Assembly (NCBI GenBank): GCA_049999805.1
Contig: JBNGIO010006281.1
Location: 244,210-298,793, forward strand
Direction: 5' to 3'
DNA length: 54,584 nucleotides
From: Folioceros fuciformis
Taxonomy: Eukaryota
A program made the translations under genes and the position numbers. Shown piece after piece: positions 25,071 to 36,606 of this stretch. The stretch's first letter is position 1; each line of letters starts with the position of its first letter. The notes under the pieces were generated by a model, which worked only from the letters and a program-made list of their open reading frames with translations, did no database searches and had not been told where the DNA came from.

Positions 25071-25519
25071 CTCCAGGATGGCTATGCCCCTGTGTCATCG
25101 TTGCCTCATAAGTTCCCTTGGCCGGATTTCGCAGCCGAGACGCCCACTCCACCGAGCCAAGACAGGCCAGGCCAGGCCAGTCCAAGTAAGTGCTCCTGAA
25201 CTCCTTCGACCTCGGAACGACGTTAGAGGTACGAAAAGGAAGATGGTGGATCCTCAGGCTCAGCGCAGCTGCAGCATATCCCATACGCCCGTCCCATTAT
25301 CTTAGCGTCCCGCTGGACGAGGGACATCACAGTCCCGGATTGGCCGCGAGACACTTTTGGGAAACATCTGTCCCGGTATGGCCGTGACATCCGTCTCTAG
25401 GGCGAACATTGCTCAACATGTTAGCGGGTTTGACGGACGCAGTCACAAGGGAGCGCCACAGATTTTGGACACTGAGGGCACTACTCAAAACTCTCATTTT
25501 AGCCCAAAATCGAGAAGTT

Positions 25520-25703
25520 TTTTTCCCGATTTGTGCACACACGCTATCTCTTCGGGGTGCTTCTTTCCCGATTCTTGTACACAATGTTTTTTTCGGGATG
25601 CTCCTTTCCCCGATTCAAGCACGCACATGATCGGGGTGCTTCTTTCGCGATTCATGCACACACTCGATCATTTCGAGGTGCTGCTTTCCCGATCCATGCA
25701 TAC
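25520..25703. repeat. Degenerate ~40-bp-period array, 5 copies of a gggtgcttctttcccgattcatgcacac-like core
   Basis: Cores at about 25520 (partial), 25554, 25595, 25633 and 25675, separated by short variable linkers. Confidence 0.75.
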
Positions 25704-25931
25704 TGTCTCCTCGATTCAACAGGAGGAAGAGGTGCTTCGGCTGTGGGTTTCATAACATACATTAGCCAAAAAATGAGGCCCGAATACCCATTTCCCCCAC
25801 CACGAAACTTCTTGACGTGTCTCCCCCCATCTTCCCCTGAGCTCCATACACCCATGCCTTCGCGCATCGGTGCTTTACAAGCCCGTCTGCCAGAATTCCC
25901 TAGGAGATAATAAGTATGCAAATATCGGCAC

Positions 25932-28211
25932 TCACCTCCTGAGGATGCCCTTGGGAAAGCAGGAGAGCCTGCTGAAGATGAGCAAGCCGGCTTTCGGTGG
26001 CTGGCCCTTGGCCATGGCCAGGCTTCTACTGTACACTTCCTTGCAGTCTTGCACCACCTCCTTGGCGTCTTTCCGGGGAATGCCTTCCCGGAGCGCCACA
26101 ACGCGCTCCACCACTTCCGGTGGACAGTCCGCGTGGCTCCGCAGCAGGGCGGTGTAGGCGAGAGTGAACTCCTCGACGCTGGCAGCCGACGCCAGCTCTC
26201 TGAGCTGCGTCAGGGCCTGCACTCGCTTCACCACCTTGGCGGGGTTGATGTACTCCTTGAAGAAATCCGTGATAACATCCTCGTCGAGCTTGAGGCGCTG
26301 GAGAGTCTCCTCCTTAATGTAGCTCCGCTGTCCCAGCAGGCGGTCCACGTACACTACCACCGTCTCCTCCAAACACGCCTCCGCAAAGCGCTGAAAGGAT
26401 CGTTCCTCCACATACACTTTCACGTCCCCGAAGTAGTCCCCGAAGGTGGCCACCAGGTACTCAGTCACCAGGCCATCGTACCAGTCCTTCAGGTACAGCT
26501 TCTCCACCAGCTCCTTCACGCCGGGGTCCTGGAAGATAAGCGCCACGCACTGCTGCACCGCCTCCTTGGCAATGTCCAGAAATCCCTTGCACGTGTCCTC
26601 AAAATTCACCTGCTCCGCGTAGTAGGGCGCCAGGCTCTCCATGAGCCCGTTGCTGAGATCCATGGCCAGGGTGTAGCATCGAACGTTGTTGTTCATCATC
26701 GCGCACAAAGCCTCGAGCCCGATCTCCGTCACCGGCTCTTCCAGTCTCTGCCTCTCCGCGATCTGGAAGGCTCCCATCACCTCGATCACGGCCAAAGCCA
26801 CCCGATACAGCATCACGTCCGTGCTGTTATCCTGCACGTACTGCACCTGCTCGCTGAGGATGCGGAACAGATCCACCGCTGCCGGAGTCCACAGCTTCCC
26901 GTCGTCCGACTTCTTGGGGGGCTGCGTCCTGTCCGCAGCCAGGATATTGGTATACCATTTTTGCATGGTTGCCTGCATCCGCTCCACGTAGACATTCATG
27001 AGGGGATCCATGGCTCCGCTCTCGGCACAAACCTGTGCCAGCTGCTCGTCGACTCCGAGACTCACCATCTGCTGCTGATACTGCACCACCCAGGCTGTGA
27101 TCTTAAGGATCTCCAGATTGGAAAGATCCTTCGCCCGGTCGCCGAGCTTCCGCAGCATCTGGATGAAACGCTCCGTGTAAAGCTGTACCATGAGTTGGAA
27201 AACCTGGTAACGAGGAGGAAAGCAAGGAGCAACGTAGTCGAAAATGTCAGCCAGCTCCCCGCTGATGTCACTGGCTTCCTCCAAGGCCGCCTTCAGATCC
27301 CTCTCCACCACCAGCTTGGACAGCAGCTCATCGAACCTGTCTTCCACCGACTTTCTCATCTCCTCGTAACACCTGTCCTTGTACCCTCTCCCACCCGGCG
27401 TCTTAGGGGATCCCGAATCCGGAGCAGCAGCAGGATACTGAGGAGCGGGAGCGGCAAGGGTTGCCCTTGCGTTGCTCCTGGATCTTGAGAGGGAAAGCGG
27501 CTGCTGCTCCCCGCCATCCGCTCTCAAACTCTCCTCCGCCTGCTGCTGGTCTATCATCTCCTGCATTTCCACCACCCTAAGTGCCCGCACTAGCGTCTGC
27601 GGGCTGTCCTTGGCCAGCCGGAAGAAATTCCGCACATGGCTCCACAGCCGCTGCTCGAATTTTTCCCTCGTCTCATTCACGTCATGGAAGAAATCCGTGA
27701 GCTTCCCCGCCTCCTCCCTTCGAGACGAGGCCGTGGCGAGCGCGAACCTCCGCTTGCCCTCCAGAGCAGACAGCCGCTCGAACGTCGGCACCAGCTGCCG
27801 GTCGTCGTCCAGCGATGCCCTGGCCTCCCCGGCCTCCACCGAGATGGACATCATGCCCTCGACGTCTTTGAGAGTCATGTTGATGTTGTTTCTAGCGTTG
27901 CTTAGGAGCTTGATGTGGTCGTGGTGCTCGATGAGCGTCTGGCACTCCCGGCAGAGCTCGTCGATGAGCACGAAATTCCGCCTCAGCTCCTCGATGGTAG
28001 TGTGCGCTCCAGAGAGGGCGTCAATCCCCGCCCTGGCGTGCTCCACCTGCGTCATCATGCTTACGCTCAGCAGCGCGTCGTTCGCCTGCTGCCGCTGCAC
28101 GTAATCCGCTCGGATGGCTGTCATCTGCGCCAGCGACTCCGGCCCAGGCAGCAGCTTCGCCACCTCCCGCACCGCGGCCTCCTGCGCCTCGATCCCCGCC
28201 TCCAGCAACAT
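25932..28211 (-). CDS. SEC6: Exocyst complex component SEC6/EXOC3, single exon
   Basis: Continuous ORF from the ATG at 28211: [22 protein letters not shown]...[13 protein letters not shown]...[12 protein letters not shown]...[13 protein letters not shown]...[25 protein letters not shown], matching plant SEC6 over its full length. Confidence 0.95.
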   Translation of the reverse strand: MLLEAGIEAQEAAVREVAKLLPGPESLAQMTAIRADYVQRQQANDALLSVSMMTQVEHARAGIDALSGAHTTIEELRRNFVLIDELCRECQTLIEHHDHIKLLSNARNNINMTLKDVEGMMSISVEAGEARASLDDDRQLVPTFERLSALEGKRRFALATASSRREEAGKLTDFFHDVNETREKFEQRLWSHVRNFFRLAKDSPQTLVRALRVVEMQEMIDQQQAEESLRADGGEQQPLSLSRSRSNARATLAAPAPQYPAAAPDSGSPKTPGGRGYKDRCYEEMRKSVEDRFDELLSKLVVERDLKAALEEASDISGELADIFDYVAPCFPPRYQVFQLMVQLYTERFIQMLRKLGDRAKDLSNLEILKITAWVVQYQQQMVSLGVDEQLAQVCAESGAMDPLMNVYVERMQATMQKWYTNILAADRTQPPKKSDDGKLWTPAAVDLFRILSEQVQYVQDNSTDVMLYRVALAVIEVMGAFQIAERQRLEEPVTEIGLEALCAMMNNNVRCYTLAMDLSNGLMESLAPYYAEQVNFEDTCKGFLDIAKEAVQQCVALIFQDPGVKELVEKLYLKDWYDGLVTEYLVATFGDYFGDVKVYVEERSFQRFAEACLEETVVVYVDRLLGQRSYIKEETLQRLKLDEDVITDFFKEYINPAKVVKRVQALTQLRELASAASVEEFTLAYTALLRSHADCPPEVVERVVALREGIPRKDAKEVVQDCKEVYSRSLAMAKGQPPKAGLLIFSRLSCFPKGILRR

Positions 28212-29293
28212 CGCAAGGAAAACCAAATGCAGCTCCCAATCTCTCCCTCCTTCCTCCCTTCCTTCACCTACCCAAGCCTCATCCGGAATTCCTCCTCGCC
28301 TTGGGCCTCCGCCTCGCCATCACGTCCAAAAAAAGCGCCGTCCGCGATGCTTTCGGAAATTTCCCATGTTCCGCCCTGTCCCGGCTCGGCATGCGGCTTG
28401 GCCTCGCACCGCCCTCTTCTTCCCATGGGCGTGCGAGAGCCAGGGCAGGCGAGGAATGCAGGATCGGCCGCGACCACGTCCGGCCACCCGTGAACAGCCA
28501 TGGCGGCTGAAAGCCAAGACCCCACAGTACCCGGCTCGACTGTGTGGCGCGCAAGGATTCCGGGCGTCGAAGAGCAGAAAGCTGCAGGAAGACAAGGAGG
28601 CTCCTTCCTTTGATGAGCGGGTGGCAAGATTCCGAGACGGCCACTCCGAACGCCAGAAAAGATCTTCCAGGTCATCTAGGTGGCGGGGTTTGGGGGGAGC
28701 TGGAGCTCGGAGCCGGGCCCCGCTCTGTAGCGCACGTCAAATATCGTGATACCAGGATAGGATATTCTGGCACTGCCAGCAGTGGTACTACAACCACCAC
28801 TGCTGCACTGCTGCAGTGCCGTGATGAGAACTATCTCCAATGCAGAGCCCGGGTCTGGCATGGCATGTGACTGCCTTCATTGCATGGCAAGTCAAGGTAC
28901 ACGGCGCTGTGGGGTTCGGGCACATGGCCTCGGGGTAGGGATGTTGGGTAAAGGGGGCACAAAGAGGAACACAGTTACAGGCCAGCCTGACTAATGTATC
29001 GCGCTCATAGCATCGGGAACTGTATGATGACGAAGCGGGGAGGGAAACGGAGGCAGATATTTTAGGACGAGCTTGCGTCTGGTGGAAACAATGGCCGCCT
29101 GCTTTTTGGCTTTGCGCTCACGCCCACGCACACATACACGCTACCAGGGCGGGGGCTCGGTTGTGGGTGTTAGCAGACAGAACCACTTCTGATCAGGATG
29201 AGGATCAGGGTGAGACAGGGTCCAGCGTGAGGTAGTACACGGGCAGCGGTAGACCGTGGCTCGACGTCCTTCCCCCTCTCTCATCAGGCTGCC

Positions 29294-32200
29294 ATGCTTA
29301 TTTCCGCGCAGGCCCTCCGCGTCTCTGCTGCATCTGCCTCGCACAGGTTCAGGCTCTCTGTTGTCGTACGCCCTCTCCCGCGCTCCTTGCCACGGTGCAG
29401 ACGTACGTTTGTGGCCTGCTGTACCGCGGTTCTCGCCGCCTGCTCGGGGCAGTCGTCGGGCGTGCTTCAGGTGAAGGCCACTAGGAGATCTGTGCTGCTA
29501 GCTGGGTCTGGGAGCGCCTTCTTCCATACGTCTGCACCCCGGTCTGCGGCCATGGCGTTCGACAAGATCAAGGTGGAGAACCCCATCGTGGAGATGGACG
29601 GTACGTTTCCCAATCAGCTGGGATTTTGCTCACGGCTCAGCTGGGATTTAGCTCACGGCTCATGGGCGTCATGAATTGGGCGTTTTTTGTGGCTGCTCGG
29701 GTCTCCACACATTTCCTTCTCCCTTCTCTTGGTGCAAGCATGGATCGGGGGGTCCTTCAACTGAATTGACAAGTTCCTGGGGGCCATGACCGGATTCGTG
29801 CTTCTGGAAGGACGGCTGTTGTTTGCCTTTCCTTCTCCTCTTTGACATACACCGTACTCAACACGGAATTATCCTTCTTTGCTGAGAGATTTGCAATGTC
29901 TTGGAAACTGGTCCTTGGTGAAATCGTCGTAGGTGAAACTTCTTCGATAGTTCATCCTCGTGATCTCTCAGTCTGCTTCAAGAGAACCTGCACTGCTTCC
30001 CCGACCTTTTTCCACAGGACTGAAAAACCTAGGCCATCTCGAACTGGAAGCTTCACGTTCTCCTGCTGTTCTGGGTCTCTGCCCCTCCTCATTCGCGACC
30101 TCTAACTTGTCTCCTTTCCTTGCCTGCAGGGGATGAGATGACGAGAATCATCTGGCAAATGATCAAGGACAAAGTACGATTGCTCCACTTGTTTTGTCAG
30201 TTCCACTGTGTTTGGCCCCTGTCAGTTCCACTTGCTAGGGGCCATGCTGAATTAGGATTTCTAGCCTTTTAATCAATCCAACGTACCTCTCCTTGACAGC
30301 TCATCTTCCCATTTCTGGACTTGGATATCAAGTACTTCGACCTTGGGATCGAGCATCGGGATGCGACTGACGATAAAGTGACTGTCGAGAGTGCCGAAGC
30401 CACTCTCAAGTATGGTCGGTTGTAGTTCTTTGTTCTTGGATTATGTTCTTTTTACTTGTCGTCTTCGATCGCCTACCACATCTGTTGAGCAGTATTGTGA
30501 CTCATCGATCACGAACTCTTCAGGTACAATGTAGCAGTCAAATGTGCAACAATCACCCCAGGTATGTGTCTCGTGGATCCTACAAACTCTTATCCCTGGG
30601 TTCCCCTCGCTTCGCATGTTCATGGCCTGTCTCGTGGATTTGTCTTTCCCTTCGCTTAGGTTGGATTGGCCTGCACCTTGAGCTTGGTCAAGCCCATCGT
30701 GTGAACCTCTACTTCCCATAAATTGCCCTTGGTATGTGCACCAGACAGTGAAAAATCATGAACTCTTATTCTGGTTATATGTGCGTGATTTGTTCATCTT
30801 TTGAGGAGTGCAGATGAGGCACGCGTGAACGAGTATGGGCTGAAGGCCATGTGGAAGAGCCCTAATGGAACTATCAGAAACATTTTGAATGGTAATGTTC
30901 TCGTTTGCACGGGTTTCCGCTCACTCTGCACAAGAGAATGCTCGCTCTGTTGAAGAGAGTAAGAGAATGCTATTACATTGTGATATATACCATTGCAGGT
31001 ACTGTCTTCCGGGAGCCTATCTTGTGCAATAACATTCCGAGACTCGTCCCAAGTAAGTACATGCTTCTAGGGACCGTCCTGCGGGCAATTACACGGTATT
31101 CGGGACTGGGGGTTCGCTTGGCACGGGATGCAATGACGTCCTTGCTTCTCTCTCTCAGGTTGGAAACACCCCATCTGCATTGGCAGGCATGCGTTTGGTG
31201 ACCAGTACCGTGCCACTGACTATGTTGCCAAGGGTCCTGGAAAACTGAAGCTCGTCTTTGGTGAGGCATTTGCGAGGTCCTTCACTAGCTTCGTTTCTTC
31301 TGTGTGACTGCATCACTTTACAGATTACTGTAGAGAAGTGCCCCGTATCCTCGTAGGGTTTGTATTGGCAAATGCTGGTTGAAATAACCTATGAACATGT
31401 TTCTTTGCCACACTTGTTGCAGTCCCTGAAAAGGGAGAGCCAACAGAACTTGAGGTGTTTGACTTTGAGGGCGAGGGTGGTGTTGCCCTTGCTATGTACA
31501 ATACTGATGAGGTAGGGACGTCGTTTCTGATGTGCATTTCGCGTTTGAGTTACGGGAGGACATAAGTGTTGACGGATGTTGTGGTGATTCAGTCAATTCG
31601 TGCTTTTGCCGAATCGTCTTTGACAATGGCGTATGAAAAGAAGTGGCCTCTTTATCTCAGCACAAAGAACACAATTTTGAAGAAGTATGATGGAAGGTAA
31701 TCTGCAACAGGCAGTGACTTCTTTTGGGATGATACTTTTGAACTCAGATGTGCAGAGAGGAAGAGGCGGTGCAGCCACAGAGCGCAGGGTGCTTTCAGGT
31801 TGATGACATGTCTAATGTCATCTTGACGAATCTTGGACAGGTTCAAAGACATCTTTCAAGAGATCTACGAGGAAAAGTGGGCTGATAAGTACAAGAAGGC
31901 TGGAATCTGGTGAGGTGGTGCCTCAGCTTTGGTAGGCAGTTTGTGGGATGTTTGTTTCATTCTGATGGGGATTCGCCTCTTGACGCAGGTATGAGCACCG
32001 ACTTATCGACGATATGGTGGCATATGCCCTGAAGAGTGATGGAGAGTATGTATGGGCGTGCAAAAATTATGATGGTGATGTGCAAAGTGACATGCTTGCG
32101 CAAGGTTGGTGCCACCGTGTAGTGGAGTGCGTGGTTGGTGTGCTCGTGTCTGGTACTAACTAATGTGTGGAACGGATTGGCCGTGCAGGCTTTGGCTCTC

Positions 32201-32967
32201 TGGGTTTGATGACTTCTGTTCTGGTAAACCTTGCTGTGACGTGTTGCCCCGAATAAGCTGGGATCCTTCATGGCAAGTGAGGTGATGTCTCGGACAGAGT
32301 CATCTGACATGTGCTTACCACGCGCAGGTTTGTCCTGATGGGAAGACTATTGAGGCTGAGGCCGCCCATGGCACAGTCACTCGCCACTACAGAGTCCACC
32401 AAAAGGGTGGGGAGACCAGCACGAACAGCATTGCATCTATCTTTGCTTGGACTCGTGGTCTTGCTCACAGGTAAGATGTTGCACGTAATGGTGGCATGTG
32501 GGTGCGTAGCTGGGAAAGTGGAGGGGTGTTGCATAACTTGTGTAGAAAATGCTGCTTCGGTTTGTTGTTGCATTGTTGTGTGCGGTTATGGTGGCGCTGA
32601 TTGGGTGGTTGTGGTGGTCTTGTTTGCTTCGTGCAGAGGGAAATTGGACGGGAACGCTGGGCTGGTGGATTTTGCGGAGAATTTAGAAGCTGCTTGTGTG
32701 GAAACCGTGGAGAGTGGCAAGTTCACGAAGGATCTGGCACTTCTCGTCTACGGCCCCAAGTAAGCCGTGTATCAATAGTGCAGATTTGTGTGGTGTGCAA
32801 TGAGGCGGGTGTGGATTAAAGGTAATGAGATGGCAACCATTCATTAAATGTGGGCTACTTTTGGCAGGGTTACGCGAGACCAGTACCTGAACACGGAAGA
32901 ATTCATCGATGCTGTTGCCCAAGACCTGCGCCTGAAACTGTCCACCCCTGCATCGTCGAAATTGTAA
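29294..32967 (+). CDS. ICDH: NADP-dependent isocitrate dehydrogenase. 15 exons: 29294 (or 29552)-29600, 30130-30173, 30300-30409, 30524-30561, 30814-30891, 30999-31052, 31159-31260, 31423-31511, 31593-31696, 31841-31909, 31989-32104, 32189-32223, 32328-32470, 32637-32759, 32868-32967
   Basis: The spliced product contains [93 protein letters not shown] and [10 protein letters not shown]. All introns are GT-AG and frame-preserving. It ends ...PASSKL*. Confidence 0.96.
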
Positions 32968-35900
32968 AGCCTTCCCCCGCCCTACAATTGGTGTTCCACT
33001 TGCAGTTTCACTTGGTCTCTTTCCCAAATATCCCGTGGCTGTGGAACCCACCTCGGGTTAGAGGGCATTGTCGGTCAAGTCGTAGCACGTTCCGCTATTG
33101 TTTGACGTGTTCGGAAGTTAGCGTTTGGTAGCTGAAGTGTTAGGATGATGGGCGTGGTTGCAAATGTGACGTAGCTGTGCAATAATAAAAGTGGAGAGAC
33201 TCGAGGAGATTTTGTGGCAGTGGCGGCCATTTGTTTGCGGGTGACGTGACTGAACCCCGGGCGGGGTGGGGCTGGGCGGGCCACGCCAGGCTAGGTTAGG
33301 CTTGGCTAGACTGGCTAGGCCAGGCCAGGCCAGGCAGTGGGCTTATTTGATGGAATGTTTTCCTTTTTGTTTGTGCAGGACGAGCTAAAGCGGTGGGGAC
33401 CGGGGGGAAAGGAACAGTGATCCATTGGTCCCTGATGTTGACTTTTTTGAGACGGCGGATCTCTAGGACAGGAGAAGAGAATAGAGCGGCCATTTTGTGT
33501 CGCGCGTAGAAATCGAGCAGATGCTTTGGGCGGAATGCCCAACACCACGGAACGGCATGGTATCTGGCGCAGGGAGAAGCTCCAAAGGAGAGAGGCCGGC
33601 CAATGGAGCGAGGCCGGTTGGTCAGCTGCCTGCGGCCAGCCTGCCTTGTGGTGTGTAGCCTGTATCCTGTAGCCCGCGGTGTTGCAAAAACTCCTGGGTG
33701 AAGTGGGCGTGTGTGGTCGGGGTCGGGGCAATTGTAATGGCGGGTGAATAAAGAGGATGAGAAGCGGAAGTGATTTTGTGTTGTTGTTGTTGGCCTGATG
33801 AGCCAGGGCCTGAGCTGGCCGCTGGCACACACGTAGCGCCTTGTCCGGCGACGTGATTTACGAGATCCTTAAAGACGGCGAGGCTGGCTGGATGGGCGGG
33901 TGGACCCGGGCCCAGTTGGCACGCGATCCGTGAGGCATGGAGCCATGATCCATGATCCAGGAGGGGAATGTGGGATGTGGGATGGTGGAGGAGGGGGAGG
34001 CGAGTTTGGCCTGGCCTGGCTATGCCCCCTGGGCTTGGGCCCTGAGCTCCGTGAACCGAGCTGAGCCGAGGATCCGAGCCGAGCCGAGCCCAGTCCAGTC
34101 CAGCCGAGCCGAGCCAGCGGCGCGCCGGTGGCGAATGAAGCTGTGCCGTTTGCCGTGGTAAGACGGAGCGTCGCGCTCGCAGCGGCAGAGGCAGCGGCAG
34201 CGACGGAGATCTGATACAAGCACAAGGACTGGAGTGGTGGGAGATTAATACGATGGGGGTGGTGACGCAGCGTTGATTAAGGCGGAAGGATCGGCCCAAG
34301 GGCAAAGCCACCTGCGGAAGGCGGGCTTGTTGGGGCCCGGGTGGGGGGGCGGGGTGGAGTTGAAGGAAGTCTGCGGCAAGCAAGTGAGGCAGGGATCCGA
34401 TGTTAATGTGGTGCTCCATCCAAGACATTTCATCTACGTAGCTAGGTAGATAGGACGTGGAAAGGGCGCGGCAGAATAGGTATCCCGACATGTGACATGA
34501 AAATCCGGGGATGTACACAAGGCACGCGGGTCCGGTCGGTGCGCGATTTTACTGGATGCTGGCGCCGCGAGAACGATACGAGCTCGTTCGCTGGGAGACT
34601 TGAGTTGGCTACGGTGGCGTGGCAACGGCTTTGGATCCCGGCCGCCAGTGGCACCGGACAGCATTCCATTCCATTCCATTACATTCCAGTCCAGTCCACT
34701 CCAGTCCACTCCAGAGCATCCCGTTCCCGTAGGCCGGCCGGGTGGGCTCAGGCGAAGCCGCGGGGAAGGTCCACGGTAGCTGGTGTCCGTAGCGCGCGGC
34801 GAGCCGTGGCGCTAGCGCAGCAGAGAGCAGAGTAGAGTAGGGTAGAGTGGAGTAGAAAAATGGAGAGTGCGGTGGAGGAGTGGCAGAGCCTTTAAATGAA
34901 GGCGCTTTTGTCGCATGCTGACTGACACGACGCGCGTTATTAGTGAGGAGGAGTCTGCACACAGTGGACGCTGGTGTCACAGCTGCAGGAGGAAGGAGCA
35001 GGCAGGCGGTGCGTGTGTGATGGGGAGTTGAGTGCGGAGTGGGAGTGGGCTTTGGTGGAGAGCGACGATCCCCGCTACTCCCGCTCCCGTTCCCGACTTC
35101 CGGCTATGAGCCCGGGAGCGGGTTTAATGGCGGTCTAATTGTGCGGGACCGGGGGCGGCAGAGCCAGGGACTGGGACTGGGCCCAGGCGAGCTCATCACT
35201 CCACCTGTGGTGCTCTCGGCTCATCTCTAAGAGCCTGAGGCTGGAGGCTGAGGCTGAGACTGAGGCAGAGGCAGCGGCAGAGCCTGAGCCTGAGCCTGAG
35301 CTTGAGGCTGATGAGGCAGGCCTGGCCCCCTGGGACTGGACCTCTGCACCCTGCACTGCACTGCTCTGCACTTGTGCACACTGGACACACTGCCGTTGTA
35401 TGTGTGAGTGAGTGATGGTGAGAAGCGATGTGTGATGAGGGCAGGGTCCCGGGGGGCCTACAGAGCACGGATCCCCACACACATTCTCTGACACCAACTA
35501 CATTCGTCGTCGTCGTCGTCGTCGTCGCCATTCTTGGTTCCTTCTGTCCATCTTTCCTTGCTCGTTTGAGTGAAGTTGAAGGCGCATGGATGGCAATTAA
35601 GGTGAGTATCTCTCCCTGGTTGTGGCTCAGGCCGAGGCGATGCACCCCCCCTTTCAGGGGCTTAGCCGTATAAATCAGGTGGCCAGGTCCGGGCCCCACT
35701 GACACTGTCCTTGTGCCCAAGTGTATACGGTGCATGTACATCATACATTACATGCACCGTATACAGTATAGGCTTGACTGGTTACCGGTTGTGTCTGCTA
35801 CGGGTTGTAGGAACTAGGGTTTAGGGAATGAAATCTCATTTCAAATCTTGATTTGCTTATACCGCGGTGTGGTGCATGTTCACTTCTTTCTCTAGTTACA

Positions 35901-36472
35901 CATTTAATCAGGATGCTACGATGCAAGGTTTTCTTCATCCTAACTTTGGATGTTTGTTTGTTTGTTTCTCCAATCTGCACTAATCCCTGCATGCTACACA
36001 CCATTATGTTTGTCTTGGTAAGGCAAACAGAATAGTACGTAGCACACAAGGATGAGCACGATGGTATTGTGTTTGAGGATACAGAATACTTCGTTGACAG
36101 TGAATGGTTCATAGCCCAAATGCAAGAGATGGGTGGACAGCCTTGAGTGCAGCTAAGTTGAGGCCTTTCAGGGAAAACAAAGAAAGTCATTACGATGGAT
36201 AATTACATGCCTCGTTTTTTCCAGCAAAATGGCAAGGTCGCACTCCTTGGTCCATCAAGCATGGCAGTGCTCCACGAGTGGCTGGGTAGGACCCAGACCT
36301 GGCCACCTGATTTTTACGGCTTAGCCCTCTCAGGGGCCCCTCTTCATTAACGCATCGAAGCGAGGGGCCCCAGGTCGTGGCTTCCGGCAGAGGGAGGGGG
36401 GTTGAGCAGAGGGCCCCGAAATTAATGGTCCCCAACGTGAAGCCAGTTACAATTAGAGGCGCAGTTGGCGCA

Positions 36473-36496
36473 GGGCAGGGCAGGGCAGGGCAGGCG

Positions 36497-36543
<47 letters not shown>

Positions 36544-36553
36544 NNNNNNNNNN

Positions 36554-36606
<53 letters not shown>
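36473..36606. repeat. Compound microsatellite (GGGCA)n-(CAGGCT)n spanning an N gap
   Basis: Read directly from the sequence. Confidence 0.9.

Noticed and set aside
25470-25480. CACTAC as a possible CACTA element terminus
   Set aside because: No matching GTAGTG right end nearby.
26049-27488. 479-aa plus-strand ORF
   Set aside because: Antisense shadow of the GC3-rich SEC6 coding sequence, with no recognisable domain.
35815-35826. tagggtttaggg plant telomere-like motif
   Set aside because: Fewer than two full units; at best a telo-box, and expected by chance.
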